This document shows positions 61,024 to 64,000 of a stretch of DNA of 64,000 nucleotides, piece by piece. A program made the position numbers and the translations under genes. A model generated the notes under the pieces. That model was not told where the DNA came from. It was given only the letters and a program-made list of their open reading frames with translations, and ran no database searches. Positions within the stretch are counted from its first letter, which is position 1. Every line of letters begins with the position of its first letter. The stretch is from Octopus vulgaris (lineage: Eukaryota): the NCBI GenBank assembly GCA_951406725.2, contig OX597829.1:43338001-43402000 (forward strand), given 5' to 3'.

Positions 61024-61141
61024 CTGTAATTTCTTATACGATGCACCGTTTCATCTATTGTTTAATGGTAAACTAACCTGATTAAATTAAATCAAGCCAA
61101 TCTTCCATAGGCCCTTAGATTCGTCAATAAGAAATAGCCAG
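61024..61141 (-). ncRNA. Inverted copy of the type I hammerhead (core TTGACGA, C3U)
   Basis: Reverse complement of 61536-61653 with one core substitution at 61127. Confidence 0.8.
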
Positions 61142-61535
61142 ATCGGAACAGATATTTTCACGAGGCACTTCTGTCCCTGCCTCCGCAATATCTGACCTAA
61201 ATTAATGTTATTTTGCGGTTGAAGCTTTGGCTGTTATTTCTAGTGGGTGAATGGCCTATTATGGCCGTTCCTTGATTGTGATGTTGAACTTATAAATGGT
61301 CTATGACTATTTAACTTTTTCCCACTAGGCCGCTGGTGGCAAAGAAATTCTACAAAATTTTTTTGCCACCCTATATTGATTAATTATGAATTTTCTGGTT
61401 GATTCCGTAATGGAATCGGCGGCTTATATTTATTTGCTGCCGATAAATTTGGCGCGAGTGCGATGATTTGAAAATTTTAGGTCAGATATTGCCGAGGCAG
61501 GGACAGAAGTGCCTCGTGAAAATATCTGTTCCGAT

Positions 61536-61653
61536 CTGGCTATTTCTTACTGACGAATCTAAGGGCCTATGGAAGATTGGCTTGATTTAATTTAATCAGG
61601 TTAGTTTACCATTAAACAATAGATGAAACGGTGCATCGTATAAGAAATTACAG
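61536..61653 (+). ncRNA. Type I hammerhead ribozyme with extended stem II
   Basis: atttctta-CTGACGA-atcta[58-nt hairpin insert]tagat-GAAA-cggtgcatcg-TA-taagaaat. Stem I is 8 bp, the core is intact, and the GUA cleavage site follows 61640. Confidence 0.88.
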
Positions 61654-61823
61654 GGTAAATGTTTTTTTAATTTTCTCCTGGTTTGCGGAATTAATGTTAT
61701 TTTGCGGTTGAAGCTTTGGCTGTTATTTCTAGTGGGTGAATGGCCTTTTATGGCCGTTCCTTGATTGTGATATATATATATATATATATATCAAAATAAG
61801 CAACAGGATATCAAGTAGTAATT

Positions 61824-61905
61824 CAGTACGACCGTTTCAAACGGCTGCATTTAATTGAACAATGCAAACATTATATCAGTTTAAATGCCGAGTTATCTTC
61901 AGCTG
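61824..61905 (-). ncRNA. Type I hammerhead motif with long stem II
   Basis: Minus strand: cag-CTGAAGA-taactcggcatttaa...ttaaatgcagccgttt-GAAA-cggtcg-TA-ctg. The downstream sequence resembles that of the 16287 motif. Confidence 0.7.
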
Positions 61906-62089
61906 CACAAGATATAGATTTTTTTTTTAACAAGTAGGACATACTAATTTAATTTTTCTTATATATTTTAACAGAGTAGGATGGAAGATATTTATATTGT
62001 CGCTATTGTAGCGACAACACGAATTTCTTCCATCCTCTTACTTTGTTAAAATATTTAAGATGAATTATATCAATGTGTCCTACTTCTTA

Positions 62090-62459
62090 GTGGAGGCGCA
62101 ATGGCCCAGTGGTTAGGGCAGCGGACTCGCGGTCATAGGATCGCGGTTTCGATTCCCAGACCGGGCGTTGTGAGTGTTTATTGAACGAAAACACCTAAAA
62201 GCTCCACGAGGCTCCGGCAGGGGTGGTGGTGATCCCTGCTGTACTCATTCACCACAACTTTCTCTCACTCTTACTTCCTGTTTCTGTTGTACCTGTATTT
62301 CAAGGGGCCGGCCTTGTCACTCTCTGTGTCACGCTGAATATCCCCGAGAACTACGTTAAGGGTGCACGTGTCTGTGGAGTGCTCAGCCACTTACACGTTA
62401 ATTTCACGAGCAGGCTGTTCCGTTGATTCGGATCAACCGGAACCCTCATCGTCGTAACC
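62090..62459 (+). mobile_element. tRNA-derived SINE family C, full length with 11-bp TSD
   Basis: Head ggaggcgcaatggcccagtggttagggcagcggactcgc...ggtttcgattccc; TSD cctacttctta at 62079-62089 and 62460-62470. Confidence 0.93.
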
Positions 62460-62499
62460 CCTACTTCTTAAAAAGTTCTATATTTTGAGCAGCTGAAAA

Positions 62500-63150
62500 G
62501 CAATCTAAGCTGATTGTTGATAACTATCTAAGCTGGAGTTCCCATGTAAATAGCAAGGTTGACTTGGACCGCAAGATGTGCTCCTGGATTCTGAGAACTT
62601 TCCGGTCTCGAGATACCTACACCATCATCCATCCCTACTCTACTTTTGCCCGACCCCACCTTGAATACTGTTTGCCCATACGAAGAAACTCATTATGAAA
62701 GTAGAAGCATTCCAGAGGTCAATAACAAGAAAGATAGACGGCATGAGAGGCATTGATTATTGGGATCAACTGAAAAAAACTCAATCTCTACTCTCTCCAA
62801 CGCCGCCGGAAGCGCTTGTGTTGGCATCAATTTTAAAACCCATCCCAAACTTGGCCCCCTTGCTATCCGCCCACTATAAAATCAATCTCGGTACTCATAG
62901 CAACATTACATCACAATTACTTTACCTCAGCCAATCCAGCTCTCTTTCATGCCATACCAAAATATGTCCAAACGGAAACGGATTCCATGAAATTCAAATG
63001 TTCACTAGACAAATTTTCTTCAAAAAATCCCGGACCAACCTCCTACACTCGGATATGCCTCCAACAATAATAACCCTTTGCTAGAGTGGGCCATGGTGCC
63101 CCATATATGACTAAAAGACATCACTAGGTGGTGCTATTAAATTAGACATG
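62500..63150 (+). mobile_element. CR1/L2-group LINE ORF2 C-terminal remnant
   Basis: WSSHVNSKV...WILRTFRSRD...YSTFARPHLEYC...KVEAFQRSITRKIDGMRGIDYWDQLKK, then LYSLQRRR after a frameshift. Confidence 0.85.
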
Positions 63151-63157
63151 GCCTATA

Positions 63158-63560
63158 TATATAACGAGGCCCTAGCTGCCAGCGGATTTAGGTACCACTG
63201 CACCACATCTCCTAAATGTCGGAATCCAACAACCGCAGAAGGAAGCGCCGCAAAAAATACCATTTGGTCCCCCACTCCTCTCTTTATACAAAAACTCCCG
63301 TAGGTAGCATATTCCTTAATTTAATGGAGACGCATTTCACTAGCTCACATAGGCACGCGCCCTATTTCAACAGGCACAACGTTAGGTTCTCTTTAGCCGT
63401 GCCCCCAATATTAAAAAAGCATCCTAGTGAGCGCCCCTAGGCCAACGGAGGAGGCAGTATGTTCATGCAGGAATAGCAACAGATACCCGGTGGTGGTGGC
63501 GGCGGATGCCATTGCGAAACGAAAGGGTCGTCTATGAAACCGAAGTACTAAGAAACCCTG
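63158..63560 (+). pseudogene. Penelope-like element ORF fragment (RT C-terminal linker)
   Basis: YNEALAASGF, RRKRRK and TKTPVGSIFLNLMETHFTSSHRHAPYFNRHNVRFS (cf. PLE YQ.AL..SGY, RKR.IIWFNPP...KTN.G..FL.L..KHF...H....FNRN.VK.SYS). Starts at a short TA run. Confidence 0.82.
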
Positions 63561-63752
63561 GCAATACCACTGGTAGAAGCAGTAGCAACCGTAGATAAGG
63601 GAACAGAACACGCAACGCCACGACCATCCCGACGGTTAACAACATTATCAACAACAACATCACCATCAGGAGCAGCATTACTAACAGCTTCCCCTAATGC
63701 TAGTAATAGCAGACCTGACAATCCCTGTAGCAGCAACAACAGGTCCAGTACC

Positions 63753-64000
63753 ACCTATTTCTTTACTACCCATAAGGAGCTAAACACAGAGAGGACAAAC
63801 AAGGACAGACAAATGAATTAAGTCGATTATATCCACCCCTGTGCGGATCTGGTACTTATTTAATCGACCCCCGAAAGGATGAAAGGTAAAGTCGACCTCG
63901 GCAGAATTTGAACTCAGAACGTAGCGGCAGACGAAATACCTATTCCTTTATTACCCACAAGGGGCTAAACACAGAGGGGACAAACAAGGACAGAAGAACG
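63753..64000 (-). mobile_element. SINE family B tandem core, running off the window end
   Basis: cctatttctttactaccca...gaaaggatgaaaggtaaagtcgacctcggcagaatttgaactcagaacg. Confidence 0.9.

Larger units (their letters stand above)
60804..61771 (+). mobile_element. Hammerhead-containing ~489-bp tandem unit with an inverted partial copy (retrozyme-like)
   Basis: 61201-61282 repeats at 61690-61771. 60804-61200 is the reverse complement of unit sequence spanning the junction. (TA)n lies on both sides and the ORF track shows no ORF inside it apart from the tail of one microsatellite ORF. Confidence 0.88.

Noticed and set aside
62090-62170. tRNA genes at SINE heads (also 52431, 56770, 9893)
   Set aside because: A and B boxes are present but run into SINE bodies with tails or TSDs; no convincing complete cloverleaf.

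Overview
Eukaryotic, AT-rich, microsatellite-saturated DNA with no prokaryotic genes, CRISPR array or rRNA. The SINE families match what I recall of octopus (coleoid cephalopod) genomes, so the organism call is an inference. Almost all ORFs in the track are translations of simple repeats. Recognisable protein remnants are all decayed transposons: a Helitron PIF1 helicase, a DD37D Tc1/mariner transposase, CR1-, L1/Tx1- and R4-like LINE pieces, and two Penelope-like element (PLE) ORF fragments. There are also about 30 tRNA-derived SINE copies or fragments and two MITEs. The most interesting signal is non-coding: at least a dozen type I hammerhead-ribozyme (HHR) motifs of several architectures, mostly beside (TA)n tracts. 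The best example is a young, highly structured ~489-bp tandem unit at 60804-61771 carrying an intact HHR with a very long stem II plus an inverted partial copy, a candidate cephalopod retrozyme (circular-RNA retroelement). Another motif has a compensatory G3-C8 core swap (60240-60290). Two GC-richer low-complexity islands (46.6-48.0 kb, 57.9-58.65 kb) may be host exons or promoters but cannot be confirmed. All structures were read by eye; no folding or database search was run, and coordinates of decayed elements are approximate.
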